64,000 nt of DNA, from NCBI RefSeq assembly GCF_018350175.1, contig NC_058368.1, forward strand, positions 226,362,001 through 226,426,000, written 5' to 3'. A program made the translations under genes and the position numbers. Positions 11,544 through 25,332 of the stretch are shown here, in pieces. The DNA is from Felis catus. Lineage: Eukaryota. Every line of letters starts with the position of its first letter. Within the stretch, counting starts at the first letter, position 1. The notes under the pieces are model-generated. The model was given only the letters and a program-made list of their open reading frames with translations. It was not told where the DNA came from and searched no databases.

Positions 11544-13638
11544 CCTATTACGTTTTTAAATGCTTGGGAAAACCAATGACCAAATGATGTGGAGAAACAT
11601 TTTATTCTCTCTCTATTAGCAAATGGAGAAGGCAACAATTAAAGAACTTAGTCTATATAAATATTGTTTTATCTACCTGCTGACAGCCTTGCTGCTTCCT
11701 GATAGGTGGATGGATACCTTACACTGACCTGGGATACATTTTGCATGGGGAGTTCCCTGGGTCTACCGGAGTCCAAGTTCATAACCTCTTTTTGAGAGAT
11801 TTCTGGGCTACCCTACAGAGTGGGGCTTCTCCAAGGAATAGAGCCTATACTCAGTAGCACAAAGATTGGCTTTCATTGGGCTCCTAGGGTTTGGGGGGCA
11901 GGACTTTACATGGTTGGCTGATGGCTCCAATTCTAGACTATCTTATTTTTCAAAAGGGAAATCATATTTTTTCAGGGGGCCCCCATTTTAAATGGTAATC
12001 AATAATAATCTTTTGGAAATTCAGCTGCAGAGTAGAATTCAAACAAGCCAAAATACCTCTGGGAAATCTCTCCACTCCAACCGCATAATACTTTTCTGGA
12101 GAATTAAGACCTTTTATCATAAACCTTCCAATTCATCCTAATCTCAATCAGTCCATAATTTCTATTTCTCTTTAGGAAAATATTTGTAAACTTATATGTA
12201 TTGGATATACCTTTTAATAGCATTACAACAATAAATCTAAAAGTAAGCTCTTAATTATAAATGTGCCATTAATCAGTGTTTAAAGCCCCCACTTAATCCC
12301 AAGATCATTAAAAAAAATTCCTTAGGGTGGAGGCTGGAAAGCTGGAGGGATGGAAGTATACATTTGATACGTTGGAGATCGTCTCTATTTAAGCCCGCTT
12401 TTCTAGACAACCTGTGCTTTTAGTTGCCTTTTACTCAAAATTTGAGACTTATATTTAGTCATAAAGCAAACAAAATGGTAGATTGTGGCTCATCACTTAT
12501 AAGATATTCCCTGTTTAAGGATGCAAAATATTCGGTACTAGATTACAGTTCTAGTTCCTTCTTGGAAGCTAACGTTTGACCATGTAACATGGGTCAGTGT
12601 GGGGATGCAGAGATCCCCACAAGTGGAGATAATTTAAGACTCAATTCCTCCAGCCTATCCTCTGCATTCTTCCCTTTGCTTCCCTAACCCTTACTGGGAA
12701 TCTATGATGCTTTCACAGGTGGATCACTTTGCTTACCTTCATATGTTTAGATCTGAACTGAAAATACTTTATTTTTACCAACAGATGTTAATACTCTCAT
12801 TTTATATGACAGGCTGGTGGCCTGAGTTTTCCTCAAGGTTTTTTGTTGTTCTTATACTGGTTCATTTTGTTTTAAAACACCTATTAAATCAGTAAAAGCA
12901 AAGATCACCAAAGATGACAAAAACATTTTCAGATTCATTCTTCGGAGGTTGACCAGATAGAAGCCTTGAGGTAGAAATTGTTTTGGTGCATTCAGTATGA
13001 ACTGTCTTAAAAGAAATTCCTTCCTTCTAGATCAGATGATTTACAGGCTGGACCCCAAGCAATAAATTAGTCCTTTTTTTTTTTTTTAATTAAGAAGACA
13101 ATCACTTCTCTTAAAATGGTTCAAAAAGGGAAAATAAGATGAAACAGGCACCTTAAGTTTGACTTTGATGACAAACTTCAGTGTTTTATTGTTTTTGAAT
13201 TGATTTTAGGTCATTTTAAATCACAACAACAACAAAAAAAAACATAGCTAGAAAATTCATAGCTAGAAAATTGTTTCATTTTGCTTCCTGGTACAGGCAA
13301 ATAAAACTATGATTAAAGCAGCATTTGCAAAAGGGTCAGTTTGGCTCTTTTTGGTCACGTCGAGAGCCATATGAAATAATATAGCCGAATATCCAGTGAT
13401 TAACTATTGCAAGTATAGTACAGAGTAGCACAAACCACAAAGAAATCGTCAGATATTCTTACTTAACATTCTTCTTTGGCCAGGGATGTTAAGTAAAGGA
13501 CACACATTTTTGTAATTATTAAAAAATAACCCACATAAATACAAATAGTGATGGAGTAAATATTTTGCTTTCTTAGGAAAAAATGTAGAAACATCTTGAC
13601 CAAGATTAATGTATAAGACATCCAACATGCGGTCAGTT

Positions 13639-13837
13639 TTTCTTGCTTATTTATTTATTTTGAGAGAGACAGAGAAGTGCAGGTGGGGAAGGGACAGACA
13701 GAGAGGGAGACAGAGAGAATCCCAAGCGGGCTCTGAGCTGGCAGTGCAGAGCCTGATGCAGGGCTCGAACCCATGAGGTTGGGTGAGCCGAAACCACAAG
13801 TCAGACACTTAACCAAACTGAGACACCCCGGTGCCCC
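13639..13837 (-). mobile_element. CanSINE, older and diverged
   Basis: Reverse-complement head (ggggcaccggggtgtctcag) and GA-rich body. Confidence 0.93.
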
Positions 13838-15826
13838 TTGAACATGTAGTTATTAATGGAGCTCTTTCTTTCTTGTATCTTAGCATTCCTGGAAATGATT
13901 TTGAGCTCTGAACAGAGCTGTCCTTTATCCCTGGAAATACAATTTGAATTGTGTAAAGACCTAAAATAAAATTAGAAGCAACCTATCACAACTGTAATCT
14001 ACCTAATACTTAATCATAGCAAGAAACCTCTGGGTTTGCCACAAAATCCACAAAGGGTTTATAATGACCTCCCTTTTGTGTTTGCTGGCTACATAATCAA
14101 AATAGGGAACAAAAAGCACTCTGTGTTCACATCAGGGTTGCAAGTTTTGCATGTTTACACTGTGTATGTGTATACAAAATGTCAGAGAAAGGTCCGTGGC
14201 AATTTACATTTGACTAAAAGATAACCTACTATGATCAAAGATGGCTCAAATCTTAGAATGTATCAAAACACAAGAATACGTCTTTAAATGAGAGTAGCCA
14301 AGAAAAACAATGCTTGAAGTTGTCCTCTGACTTTGCTGATAAAAATGAAAATTATAAGCACAATAGGAAGCTGTATCTATGAAGATTTAGAGATACTAAT
14401 ATATCATACCTTGAAATGTGGCAACTGCCTTAAGATGTACCAAGGGTATTATATCTCACAATGTCAACCTTACACTTGGGTCCCTAAAATAACCATTATG
14501 TCTCCAGTTCTTCCCTTCTCTCTCCAGAAGCTGTAAAAATGTAGTCTCCAAAAGTTACACGAAGAGAAAGTTGTTATCCACAATTCCAATCCCTGGACAG
14601 TGAAAGAGCAGAAGACAGAAGGATATTCTACTGTGCCTGCTGGACTTCTTTGAATGAATGAGTGGCACTCTGACCTCGAATTTGTTTTTGAAAATTTGAG
14701 CTGGATGAGAAATAGAAAAAAAAAAAATAAAGCAATGGCTACATTGTACAGTGTTTTAATCTCCTGTATAGAAGATTCCATAAAGATACCTATTCATGTT
14801 TCTATCTTTCAGAATTAAAAACTAAAATCCTGTTTGAAAAAAAGGTCAAATGTCTGAACAAATTCTGGGTTCCACTCACCTCCCCCCCCCATTATTGCAC
14901 AAAGGAAGGACTGTTGCTTGGTAGAAAGGGTCTGTTTTCATGTGTGTATGGCCAGAGGCCATAAAAAGATAAAACTGTACCAACCACAAAGTGTCGATCT
15001 TTCCAGAGGGAAGTGTGCCAGAGTATCGAAGGATGAGGACGACATTAATCAGATGTCATGGTGTTTACATCTAAACCCCCTTCTCCCAATCCCTGTATTT
15101 AACAGTCTGCGCTGGCTGGACACAATACTCGAAAGGGAGCATCGTGGGTCATGGGGATTGGAGAATGACCGCCCGGGAGACACCATTTTTCAGAATCCTT
15201 TAACTAAAGAGGCATTTCCTTTTGTCGCCGGGTCTCACTTTCCACTCTTTTATTCCTGAAATGTTATACAGGGAGTTTAATATCCTTTGAAATGGCCTCT
15301 ACTCCTCCACGTATTAACTTGGCCTGCCTGGCCTTCAACCTGCTCTATTTTTGCACGTAGCTCCCAGCGATCATCAAAGTGGTGCTTGCTGGGTCTTTTG
15401 CTCTCGTCGCTTTTGCTTTGGAGCCCAGACAGTTGGTCGGCAGGTCACCAGTGAGTCCTACAGGGCTTGCTCTGCTCTGATCTAGACCCACTCACTACCT
15501 GAAATCCCCATTGCCGATGTTATTACCACTTCGTCGAGGGGCTGTATACCATGATCGCCTGGAGACCAGAGGGGGCAGAATCCTGAAGTGACCCTGGAGG
15601 ACTGACAGTGATAGCATGGTATTGGATTCCTGAGGATAGCCTCGTGACTTCTCTCAGTCCAGGGGATTTGGTGAAGGCGCTGCCCTGTATTGCCGCCTCC
15701 TGAACTGTGCCAAGCCAACCTGAAACCTCTCGGGGGAGGGGTCCCCTAAAAAGGAAGCTAGAAATTCTCTCCTAAAAAGTAAGCTCTCCACTCTGATACG
15801 GGCCAGCTGTAAATATCAGTATCACT

Positions 15827-16065
15827 GGGGTGCCTGGGTGGCGCAGTCGGTTAAGCGTCCGACTTCAGCCAGGTCACGATCTCACGGTCCGTGGGTTCGA
15901 GCCCCGCGTCCGGCTCTGGGCTGATGGCCCAGAGCCTGGAGCCTGTTTCTGATTCTGTGTCTCCCTCTCTCTCTGCCCCTCCCCCGTTCATGCTCTGTCT
16001 CGCTCTGTCCCAAAAATAAATAAAAAACGTTGAAAAAAAAATTTAAAAAAAATAAAATAAAAAAA
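15827..16065 (+). mobile_element. Young Felis-type SINEC_Fc with long A tail
   Basis: Perfect 16-bp TSD aaatatcagtatcact (15811-15826 / 16066-16081). Confidence 0.97.
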
Positions 16066-18345
16066 AAATATCAGTATCACTAATTAAGCCATATTTTGGG
16101 ATTATATTGCAGATGAAAGCATCTCTCATGTGGAAAGCTGGGTTGGACCAACATTCTCAAGTCATCTGGACACTTTTTTTCTTTAAATCAAAGCACTGAA
16201 TTCTTCCTTGTGCATCTTTCAGTTGTCTTCAGTCGACATAATGGCAGCAAATGGCGAAAATGTGCCGGCTCAAAACATTAGACCGCTTAGACAATAAGAA
16301 CTGTGTAAACATAGATGTGACGTTGGGCACTTTGTGCTATGAGGACATTAAGAGCTCTGGGACTTTGCATGTTAGGGCATCTGTGCCTTCTAAGGGAAAA
16401 CAAACTGATAACTCCACAACTTTAAACATCCTGTTCCATCTCACATCTTCAACATATGTCGTACAGGGAAAGAAAGCACAGCCATGTGGAAGCAAGGCAA
16501 CCAATATAAAAGTGTCACTGAGCACAAGACAGGCCCAGAGAGAAGACTAGGAGCGACAAGATGAGAGTCAGCTGCCTCGGACCTTTCTCGTTTGCTAAAC
16601 TGGACAGAAGCGGAGAAGCAGGGTCTCTGGAATGGAGTGATTTTGACTCTTAATTGAATGCAGTTTTCTGCTCAGCCCATAATCGCATCACCTTTGATCA
16701 TCTGCACAAAAAAAAAAAAACTTGAAGGCTGCGGTACAATCCCCATGTACTTGTGTTCCAAAATGAATAATATTGATCTGGATAAATAAGCCTGTGGCAT
16801 ATAGAGCAAGGCATGGCAATCACTCCCAGCTTAAAAGTAATTAAGAACACAATGCCAATCATTTGCACTCATGCCTGAGTATGTAGTGCATTATGCGGGG
16901 TATGATTCAAAAATCCTTCTAGAGGTGGGACAGTGATCTTGGCCTTGGTTCTACTCAAAAAGAGTAATGCATTGTGTGAAATTTAGTGATATGACCAAAC
17001 TCTGACTTTACCAGATTCTGGTCTGCTCCAACGTTCTGTGGTTCACTAAGGAAAAATCTTGTGGGGAAATCAGTGATGACTTATTAATTTAAAATATACA
17101 ATGAGAGGGAATACAAGGGGCTTCCAGCATCCATCATGCAGTAAACTTTGGTGTTGGGAATACATGGCTTTTAGAAATTGGAGTAGTCACTGAGGAGTCT
17201 CTATTTCCAGAGTGGCAACTAAAGAATCCATTTCTGAGTCCTATGGTCTTTCTACAAAGGTCTTTGAAGTTAAGCAGGTTTCTGCTTGATATTATGGAAG
17301 AATTTGGGTTACAGTAAGAATCCAGAGTACTAGACCTCCTAAAGGGTTTTAATTTCAATTAAGCCCTAATTGTGAAGTAAAATTGTTCTAAGAAAACTAG
17401 AAATCTACTAATTAGGCCAATAGGTACAAACGCGGAGACATTATCAGAAGTTATAGCAACAGTGATTTTCTCCTTCCTTGAACCGAATTCATTACATTTC
17501 AGTCAATACTGCTTCAATTTCTACAATCATAGGCTTCAGTTTAATTGACTCACTTGTTATTTGATTGGAAATATGTATGATGCACTCTGATTGTTGGCTC
17601 ATAAAATTCTAGTGTTTATACATTTGATTTATTTTCATAGGTTTCTTTGGTTCTAATAGGGAGTCCACAAGAGTAAGTTTGCTGGGAATTATAAAGTATA
17701 ATTTGAAAGGTAAACGAAAATCTTCAGGAAGTGATTCTTTTGCTTAGTATATCTCTACCTGTCATTCTTTCTCGCGCCACGGCTGGCTTTGCCGTGAATA
17801 GACCCTATGGACTGGAGCACCAAAGTATTACATTTTTCCTCTGTGTAATTCTTCAGGACAGATCCAAATTTGGTGTTGCAGAGTCAGCTTATGAGAAAGG
17901 GCTACGCTTCCAGTTTAGGAAAGCGGTGAGTAGGACTTCCCTTATCTGTCCCCAGTAATGGATTTTTGTCTTTAGAGATGCCCCCCCATGATTCCAGATT
18001 AAAATGAGGATATCTCTAGGACAGGTGAATGCAAAGTATTAACCCATCGATTTCTTATGAGAATAAATTGATTATGTTCTTTTGGGCATGGACTACACTT
18101 GCTCTTGAGTGTACGTAACAATATTTTCATTTTCTCTAATCCTCAGTACCAGGGAAAACTTCTACATGAAAGATCTTGAAGACAAATTCTTGGCGACATG
18201 AATTTCTTAGGGATGTATGTTTAACATTAAAGATTAGTTTCTCATCTTTGATCATTATCAGCAACATTCTTATAATAAAATAAGCCTATTAAAAGCTCTA
18301 TCCCTTACCGATTCCATTGGTAGGATGATTTTATGGGCTCTTGCT

Positions 18346-18361
18346 TCTCTCTCTCTCTCTC

Positions 18362-18398
<37 letters not shown>
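18346..18398 (+). repeat. Compound (TC)n(TG)n microsatellite
   Basis: Seen directly. Confidence 0.95.
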
Positions 18399-18399
<1 letters not shown>

Positions 18400-18763
18400 T
18401 CCTCCTTTCTTGTTTAGGTTTCTCTTTCAGTCTCTGAACAGCTCCTAATTGGGCCAGGTTGCACGGCATTACTCTTCCAGACTTGTCTAACACTTTACAT
18501 TGATATGATGACTGCTCCCTGTGTCTTAAGAATTGCCACAGCCAAAACCAGGGTTTGTTTGTTTCTTGAATTAATTTCTCGAGTCATTCAAGACCAAAAT
18601 TTTAAGCTTATAAAAAGCTGTTTTTTCAAATCTGTTTATCTCAATGACAACCCCTTTTCTGTGTAAATGATCTTACAGGGTGTCGTTCCATTCAGCAGAA
18701 CCCATGACACAGAACATATTTCAGAATATTTAAAGAGTCGAAAATACTATAACGATGGATAGC

Positions 18764-18845
18764 ATGTATGTATGTGTGTATGTTATACAATCTTTATATA
18801 TATCTTACATTTATATACAAATATATATACAAATATATATATACA
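18764..18845. repeat. TA-rich low-complexity tract
   Basis: atatatacaaat units. Confidence 0.8.
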
Positions 18846-20564
18846 GATGCTTAAGAAATAGGTATATTCTTAGTTTTGAAAGCTCTATGAATTATTCAGC
18901 CCTCTTCAAAAAGAAAGGCTAAAAAAAGAAGTCCCTGTAAGAAACAGGAATAGCTGGCCAAAAAATAAATATTAGGCAGGAGATGAGCAGGTGCACTGAA
19001 GTGACTTCCCAGCTGAAAGGGAAGATAAACAGAGGAAATGGCACTGGAAATGCATGTGATGTTAAACAGGTTCATAACACAGTTCCGAACTTCAGCTCTT
19101 CTGCAGGTATAATGGATTGGCGGAGCCAAGAAAACTTGGAGTTTTATCCCTGTGTCTATGGAAACGATTTCAGGTGAAAAGCAGTATCCTGACACATAGT
19201 TTTAGCTTGGCGCTAAAATCTAAATTTTACCATAAAAACATTTTCCACACATCTACGCCCAAGGACAGTTTGGTTGGGATCAGTGAACCAGTGTCCTTTG
19301 AGAATGATGAGTGCTCAAGTCAAATTGCTCATTTCTCTCTTTTGTGCTGCCTGATATGTAAGATCTCTCTCTCTCTCTCTTTTTCTCTTTCTGTCTCTCA
19401 CTCACATAAACGTTACGTGTCTAGCAATCAATCTAGCTGCCGGCCAGCACTGCTCTACCGCCAGAAATCACTTCTAGGTTTATAGTTTACTGTTGCGTAT
19501 GACCTCTCCTTCATGTTTTCGAGTAAGCCAACAGAATTTCCAAAGTGTTTGGAGAGAAAGAGGCGGCTTCATCAGAAATGGGCAGCTGATCATTGCTATC
19601 GGAAAAAAGGTTCTAGCTTATGAGGTTCCTGGCTGGGGCCAGAATCACTATGGGAGTGTCTTTCCTCTGCATACGGGAAGAATCACGCTTTCTCCTATGT
19701 TAGTTGTGATAACTATACTCAACAAAGTTAAAGAGAGATCTTTATATTCATGAGTTTGGAAAACACATTTATAGGGGGGCAGGAGCTCCATGGGGGTGCA
19801 AATCTCTGACTAGATATCTTTTTTTAATTTTTTATTTTCCCCCCAGATCCTCTAAATGTGTTCCGTTTGCAAGCTGGCTCTGCAGTGCATTTCCTTATTA
19901 TTATTTACATGCGACACAGTGACATGATGGAAGATGGCTAATGCTAGTGACAATCCTCCCACTGGGCTTCACACTTTCTTTTCTTGGATCGATCTTTGTT
20001 TGTTTTTGTGTAGAGGGTCACAATTTTTGCATCCCTGGAGTGAAGCTGCCAGTTAGTCTCCTTCAGTTATGGTAAGTCCCCTGTGCACTGAGCCAGCAGT
20101 GGTTGAAAGCCTGAAATAGAACGCGATAATCGCCTTGGTGGAGACTCTGATGTCCAGATCAATCTTAAACCACACCTGTTGTCCACCCAATCGCAAACTC
20201 AACATCCGGCATTGCTGCCCCTACTGCCTGCTGAATTCAGAACAAGCCTCCTGCCTATTCACCGAAGGCTGGCCTTGTTGGGACTTTGACACATTTTTTT
20301 CAACTTCCTCTGCTAGTATTTCCCTTGGTGTGGCCTAACCTCTAGAAATTAGACTATTCGCTATTTTTTGGAGCACAAGCTAATCAAAGTCCCCCTTGCC
20401 CACGCTATCTCCTCTTCCATCTTGTGAAATTATGTTGTTGTTTTTAAATCCTTTTGCGGCTGACCCCGGTACTTTCTTCTTCATGGGATACTTCCTGAGT
20501 CCATCAGCATATGACGTGTGCCTCCTTTAAACCATGGTGGCATTTTCCATCTCAAATAAGGCTT

Positions 20565-20781
20565 ACTAGGCTGTAAACTTCATGATGATAGGTACCCTGA
20601 TTATCTTGTTCACAATTATTTTCCTAGCATTGACACTTAGGACGTATTCAATAAGTGGGGTGCATGGATGGCTCAGTCGGTTAAGCGTCAGACTCTTCTT
20701 TCGGTTCAGGTCATGATCTCATGGTTTCATGAGTTCAAGCCCGCATCAAGCTCTGGGCTGATGGCACAGAGCCTGCTTATA

Positions 20782-20830
<49 letters not shown>

Positions 20831-20905
20831 GCCCCTGTCTTTCTCAAAAATAAATAAATAAACTTAAAAGAAGTATTCAATAAGTATTTGCTAAATAAAT
20901 AAATG
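20565..20905 (+). mobile_element. L2 3' end split by a SINE
   Basis: ctaggctgtaaacttcatga...tcttgttcac...cctagca...tcaataagtatttgctaaataaataaatg. Confidence 0.7.
20657..20869 (+). mobile_element. CanSINE with expanded (CT)n
   Basis: TSD ga(c/a)gtattcaataagt. Confidence 0.96.
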
Positions 20906-23757
20906 GGATGAGTAAAGGCTTTAGATTTCACTCCTTGAAGGCTTCCTTTTTATCTCCTGCAGCGGCAAGCTAAGTGATTGCATTGACGACCAATATAGAC
21001 TTGTTGAATTCAGAAGACCCTGCAAAAATATGTGCTGAATTGGGAAAAATGGCACTGGCCCATGTATAAAACACTTCTTTGTCTTTTTCCCCCAAACTTA
21101 ATGAATTAAAGTGAAAAAGTTAGGTTTTTGTTTTTTGTTTTTGTTTTTTTTTTTTTTCATTTTAGATTAAATTGACAGTCACAGGGAGAGACAATAAATG
21201 GCAGCCTGGGGAAACGACTGCTGGTGTCCTGGTGTTCGTCAATGACAACAGACGCCTAAGTAAGCTATCGAGGTAATTTCCATTTCACAGGGTTAGAGGA
21301 GGCAAGAATTGGCAGGAGTTATTCTTATTAGCCTGTGATGCAGGCACATCAGTTGGAGAATTAGGCCACCACGGTCTTGATCCTTCAGAGCTAGGACATA
21401 TGGATTGGTTCTAAGGCCATCATCTTCACACCAGGTGAGATTCTCCTCTTCCATCTCTGGAACTATGAGATGGGTAACTTTAGAGGCGATTTGGACCATT
21501 CTAGGCTCTCGGGATATACTGCTGGTTTACCCACCATATGTGGAGTAGGTCTCTGAAGTGAGGAATAGGTAACAGGCCAGCAATTTTGGTATCATGTGCA
21601 TTCCACTACCTAAGCTCCCACCTTTCTAATATAAACATCTAAGGTCAAAATGGACACTCCATTATTAGAGGGTGGTCGACACAGTCAACCTTGAGTTCAG
21701 TGCCTTAAATCCCAACTTTACAATTAGCCCTGGGCTTAAAAATATGAAACAAGAATGTCCTGAGTATCAGCATTAGATGATCATTCCTACAGACAATGGA
21801 ATTTAAAGAATCAAAGACATGTGCGTTTTAATGTTTGCAAATGAAACATCCACTAAAATGTAATGTGTACAGCTTAAGGCATCTTCTTTACTTATTACGA
21901 TTAAATTTCACATTTTTTTCCCTTAAAAAACTCTTAAGGATTTTCAATGATTTTTTTAAGGCTTTCTGTAAGAGTTTCAATTATGCCCCAATCCATATGT
22001 TCTATGCTATGCATGATACTGGTTTTCTTGTCTTCAAAATTAACTAGATCTAGATCTTTTAAAAAAATTTTTAAATAGCTTTATAGAATTTTAGTTCTAT
22101 AAGTAATACATGTTCCATGTTAGAATTCAGAAGACATAGAATAATATGAAGACTGAAGATGGTATCTATAATCTTTTGACTTATAGGTAATGTATTTAAC
22201 AGTTTGATTTGTATCTTTCTAAGTATAGGTAGGAAGGTAGGTAGAATGGCCAAGTAGAACAGTGAGAACAAACATGCTTTGGAATGTTGATAGTTTTGAA
22301 CTACTTCTGAAACATACAAATGTTTTGATCTTCAGAGTTGGGTGATTCATTTCACAAAAATAAATTATTCAATACCTGAAACATTATATAATAAAATCCA
22401 AATTCTTATAACTTGCCATTAAACGGTATAGAAGGCTTATTGTGCCCTCTTCTGTGAAGTAACTTGCTATCAACTATTAAAAAATGAATATCCACCCTGT
22501 CTAATTCTAATAATAATAATAAAAAACTTTAAAAACTTGATGTAAGCCTCTAATTGGGCCCTATGGTGCCATTAGAATTGAGTTGAGGTATGGCTGTTGA
22601 GCAGAATCTAGACATGCCCTTCTGTGAATTTACCTTTTCCGGAGGGTTAATGACAGCTGGAACGCGACCTCACAAATATATGTCAAGATACAACACGCTT
22701 TATATACACTTACTGACATCTGGCAGAATCTTATCCTTGGAAGAAGTTTTTTTAGGTAACTCCCACAGGCTTTGGATAAGAGCTCATCTAAATTATAAAC
22801 AGAAAATACGATAGAAAATACACTTTTCTATGTAAGGACATGTTCCTACTATCAATCAATAACCTCTCCCTGGTTCTTGTGATGTTCATGATATCGGTCA
22901 CTGGTATTTACTGTTTGTGCCTAATCGGTGGGTGGTTAGGTAAGTCACATATTTCAATTTTCCCCGCAAGAAAAATGGTATCAGGGCTTATTTTTGTTAT
23001 TAGAATATTCTCTATCAGCTGTGTGTTACAAATGACCAAATACTGCAGTGGTCCCCCTGATACATGTGTCACAGTGATTGGTATCCGTGAGCACTATCAG
23101 CCTGGAGCCAAACACCTAGTTTTTCCAAATGTTGACATCCTTTGTCTACAGCCCTATCGGATGGACTGGACTCTCGCCCAAATGCAAATTTGATCATGCC
23201 TCCATATGGCGGTTGACAAAGTGTGTGCATTGAGTTTGCGTTTGCCTCTTCAAAGCAAAGTACAGTGGAGAGAAAGAATTTAATTCATTCCATAGCACTA
23301 TGTGCTTAAATATAACTTCCAATATAATATATTTGACCTAAATGATTTTGACCATGATGGGATAATTCTGTTTTAATCGTTGACTAATTTTGGCCTAATG
23401 TTGCATTAGAAATGTTAAGAAGAATGCACAGTGTCATTATTGCTCAAATGGACCCTGTAGACGAAGGCACATTCAGGATTAAAAGAAATTCATTAAATCC
23501 AGGCCATGCTTTTATGCAGTAGCCTAACTAAAATCAACAGGTACTCTGTTCATTGTAGTCTTTTTTGGATGTTCGCTACTTGCTCTGTTCAAATTAGTTG
23601 TTTAGATGAGGAGTTCCTTGGTCCCACCAGTCCTCATTTGGGTGCATACACTTAGTACTGATCTATAACATACCAAAGTATGATGCTCATTTCTGCCTAC
23701 TACAATGGATACAAATTTAACTCTGACCGTTTTTTTTCCCATAAGTTTGTAGGAGTC

Positions 23758-23996
23758 TTTGTTTTTTTTGTGTGTGTGTTCTGTTTTGTTTTGAGAGAGA
23801 CAGAGTGTGCGCATGGGCATGCGTGTGTGTTGAGGGTGTGGGCAGAAAGGGCAGAGACGGAGAGAGAGAATCCCAAGCAGATTCCACACCCAGCTCAGAG
23901 CCCAACATGGGGCTCAGTCTCACAACAGACCTCGAGATCAGGACCAGAGCCAAAGTCAAGAGCTGGTGCTTAACCGACTAAGCCACCCAGGCACCC
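23758..23996 (-). mobile_element. CanSINE, older and diverged
   Basis: Reverse-complement head ggggtgcctgggtggcttagtcggttaagc; TSD unclear. Confidence 0.93.
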
Positions 23997-24084
23997 CTCA
24001 TAGCATCCTTTGAAAGAGATGTTCAGAGAGTTTCTCGAGTGTTACATTAATAAACAATATCTGTGACTTGTGTTGTATCTCTGG

Positions 24085-24310
24085 CCATTGGTAGTGCAGG
24101 AACACTGATGTGAGGTCAGATAAACTGATTCCCACCCTGCATCTCCCCAACTCAAGGACTTTGCACACATCACCTTTAACTCTCTTGATTCTTAATCTGA
24201 GAAAGGGGGAGGAATGGGGAAAATACCATCTACTTCATTGTGGGTTATGAAATGAAATAGAAAACGTATAAGCCTCAGTTAAATATTTAGCGCACAAGTG
24301 CTCCATTAAA
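24085..24310 (+). mobile_element. MIR
   Basis: tggtagtgcaggaacactgatgtgaggtcagataaactg...cacctttaactctcttgattctt...taccatctacttcat. Confidence 0.6.
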
Positions 24311-24479
24311 ATTCCTTCCCTCTTTTCCCTGAGCTAGAGAACTGTCTGAATTCATGCTCTGCACATCGTAGCTACTTAATACATGCCATAAAATGAACGA
24401 AAGTATCACAAAAGGTGTTTGGATGCAATAAGACGGCAAACCCGAAGAACCGCAAGACTGATTTTCTCAACATTTCTAA

Positions 24480-24810
24480 CTCCTGCTGCTTCCACTTTAT
24501 TTCAAACTACCATCATCTCCCATCTGAACTTCTGCTCCGAGCTCTGGGTGACTGTAGTCATTTCCGTTCTAGCCCCTTAAGCCCTGTTTTCCATATGGTA
24601 CTATGGACTCCCCTGCATAAAAAATTCCTCTCGTATCTTTACCTCACTTTACATAAGATGACGGCCAAAGCTTTGTGGAGTCCACACAGGCCTGTGTTAT
24701 CAGGCTCCCCCTTGCTTCAGTGACCCTGATTTCTACAAGATTTTCCTTTAGCCCCTGAGCTCCTGCCCCGGAGACCCCCTTGCTGTTCCTACAATGTGCC
24801 AAGCATAGCC
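24480..24810 (+). mobile_element. L2 fragment
   Basis: ctaccatcatctccc...cttgctgttcctacaatgtgccaagc. Confidence 0.5.
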
Positions 24811-24824
24811 CTCTTTAAGAATCT

Positions 24825-25020
24825 TCCTGCTGGTTGGAGTGTGTCCCCAGAACGTGGGCTGGCTCACTCCATTTGTCCCCTTTCTCCAATGCTCTCTCTG
24901 CCTCTTGCTCTCATGCTGACCTCGGTGAATTCCTTCTCCCAGGCTCCCTTGTCCCATGGTTTCCAGCCAGGAGGTATTGGCAGGAGGCAGGAAAGCAGGC
25001 GGAGACAGGGAGAGAACATC
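24825..25020. mobile_element. ERVL LTR fragment (LTR33/LTR16-like)
   Basis: ttctcccaggctcccttg...gccaggaggtattggcaggag. Confidence 0.45.
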
Positions 25021-25131
25021 TTTCTTTCCAAGATTTTAAATGTTAAAGGCAGCGACTTAATATCAATAGCAACTACTCTGATCTGGTCAGAGGAGAACTT
25101 AAGGGTTAGAGGGAGTATAAAACCACTAGCT

Positions 25132-25332
25132 GGGCATCTGGGTGGCTCAGTCGGTTGAGCGTCCAACTCTCGATTTCAGCTCAGTTCTTGATCTCACAGT
25201 TTCGTGAGTTCCAGTCCCGCATCTGGCTCTGCACTGAGAGCGTGGAGACTGCTTGAGATTCTCCTTCTTTGTCTGCCCCACCCTGGCTCTCACTCTCTCT
25301 CAAAATAAATAAATAAACTTAAAAAAAAAAAA
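25132..25332 (+). mobile_element. CanSINE
   Basis: Head, B box, A tail; TSD ataaaa(c/t)cact. Confidence 0.95.

Noticed and set aside
12966-12990. TGAGGTAG let-7-like start (also ~7460)
   Set aside because: Match limited to about 8 nt; no let-7 precursor hairpin seen.
15560-15580. CTCF-like CCAGAGGGGGCAG
   Set aside because: One base short in the core, so it fits the motif poorly.
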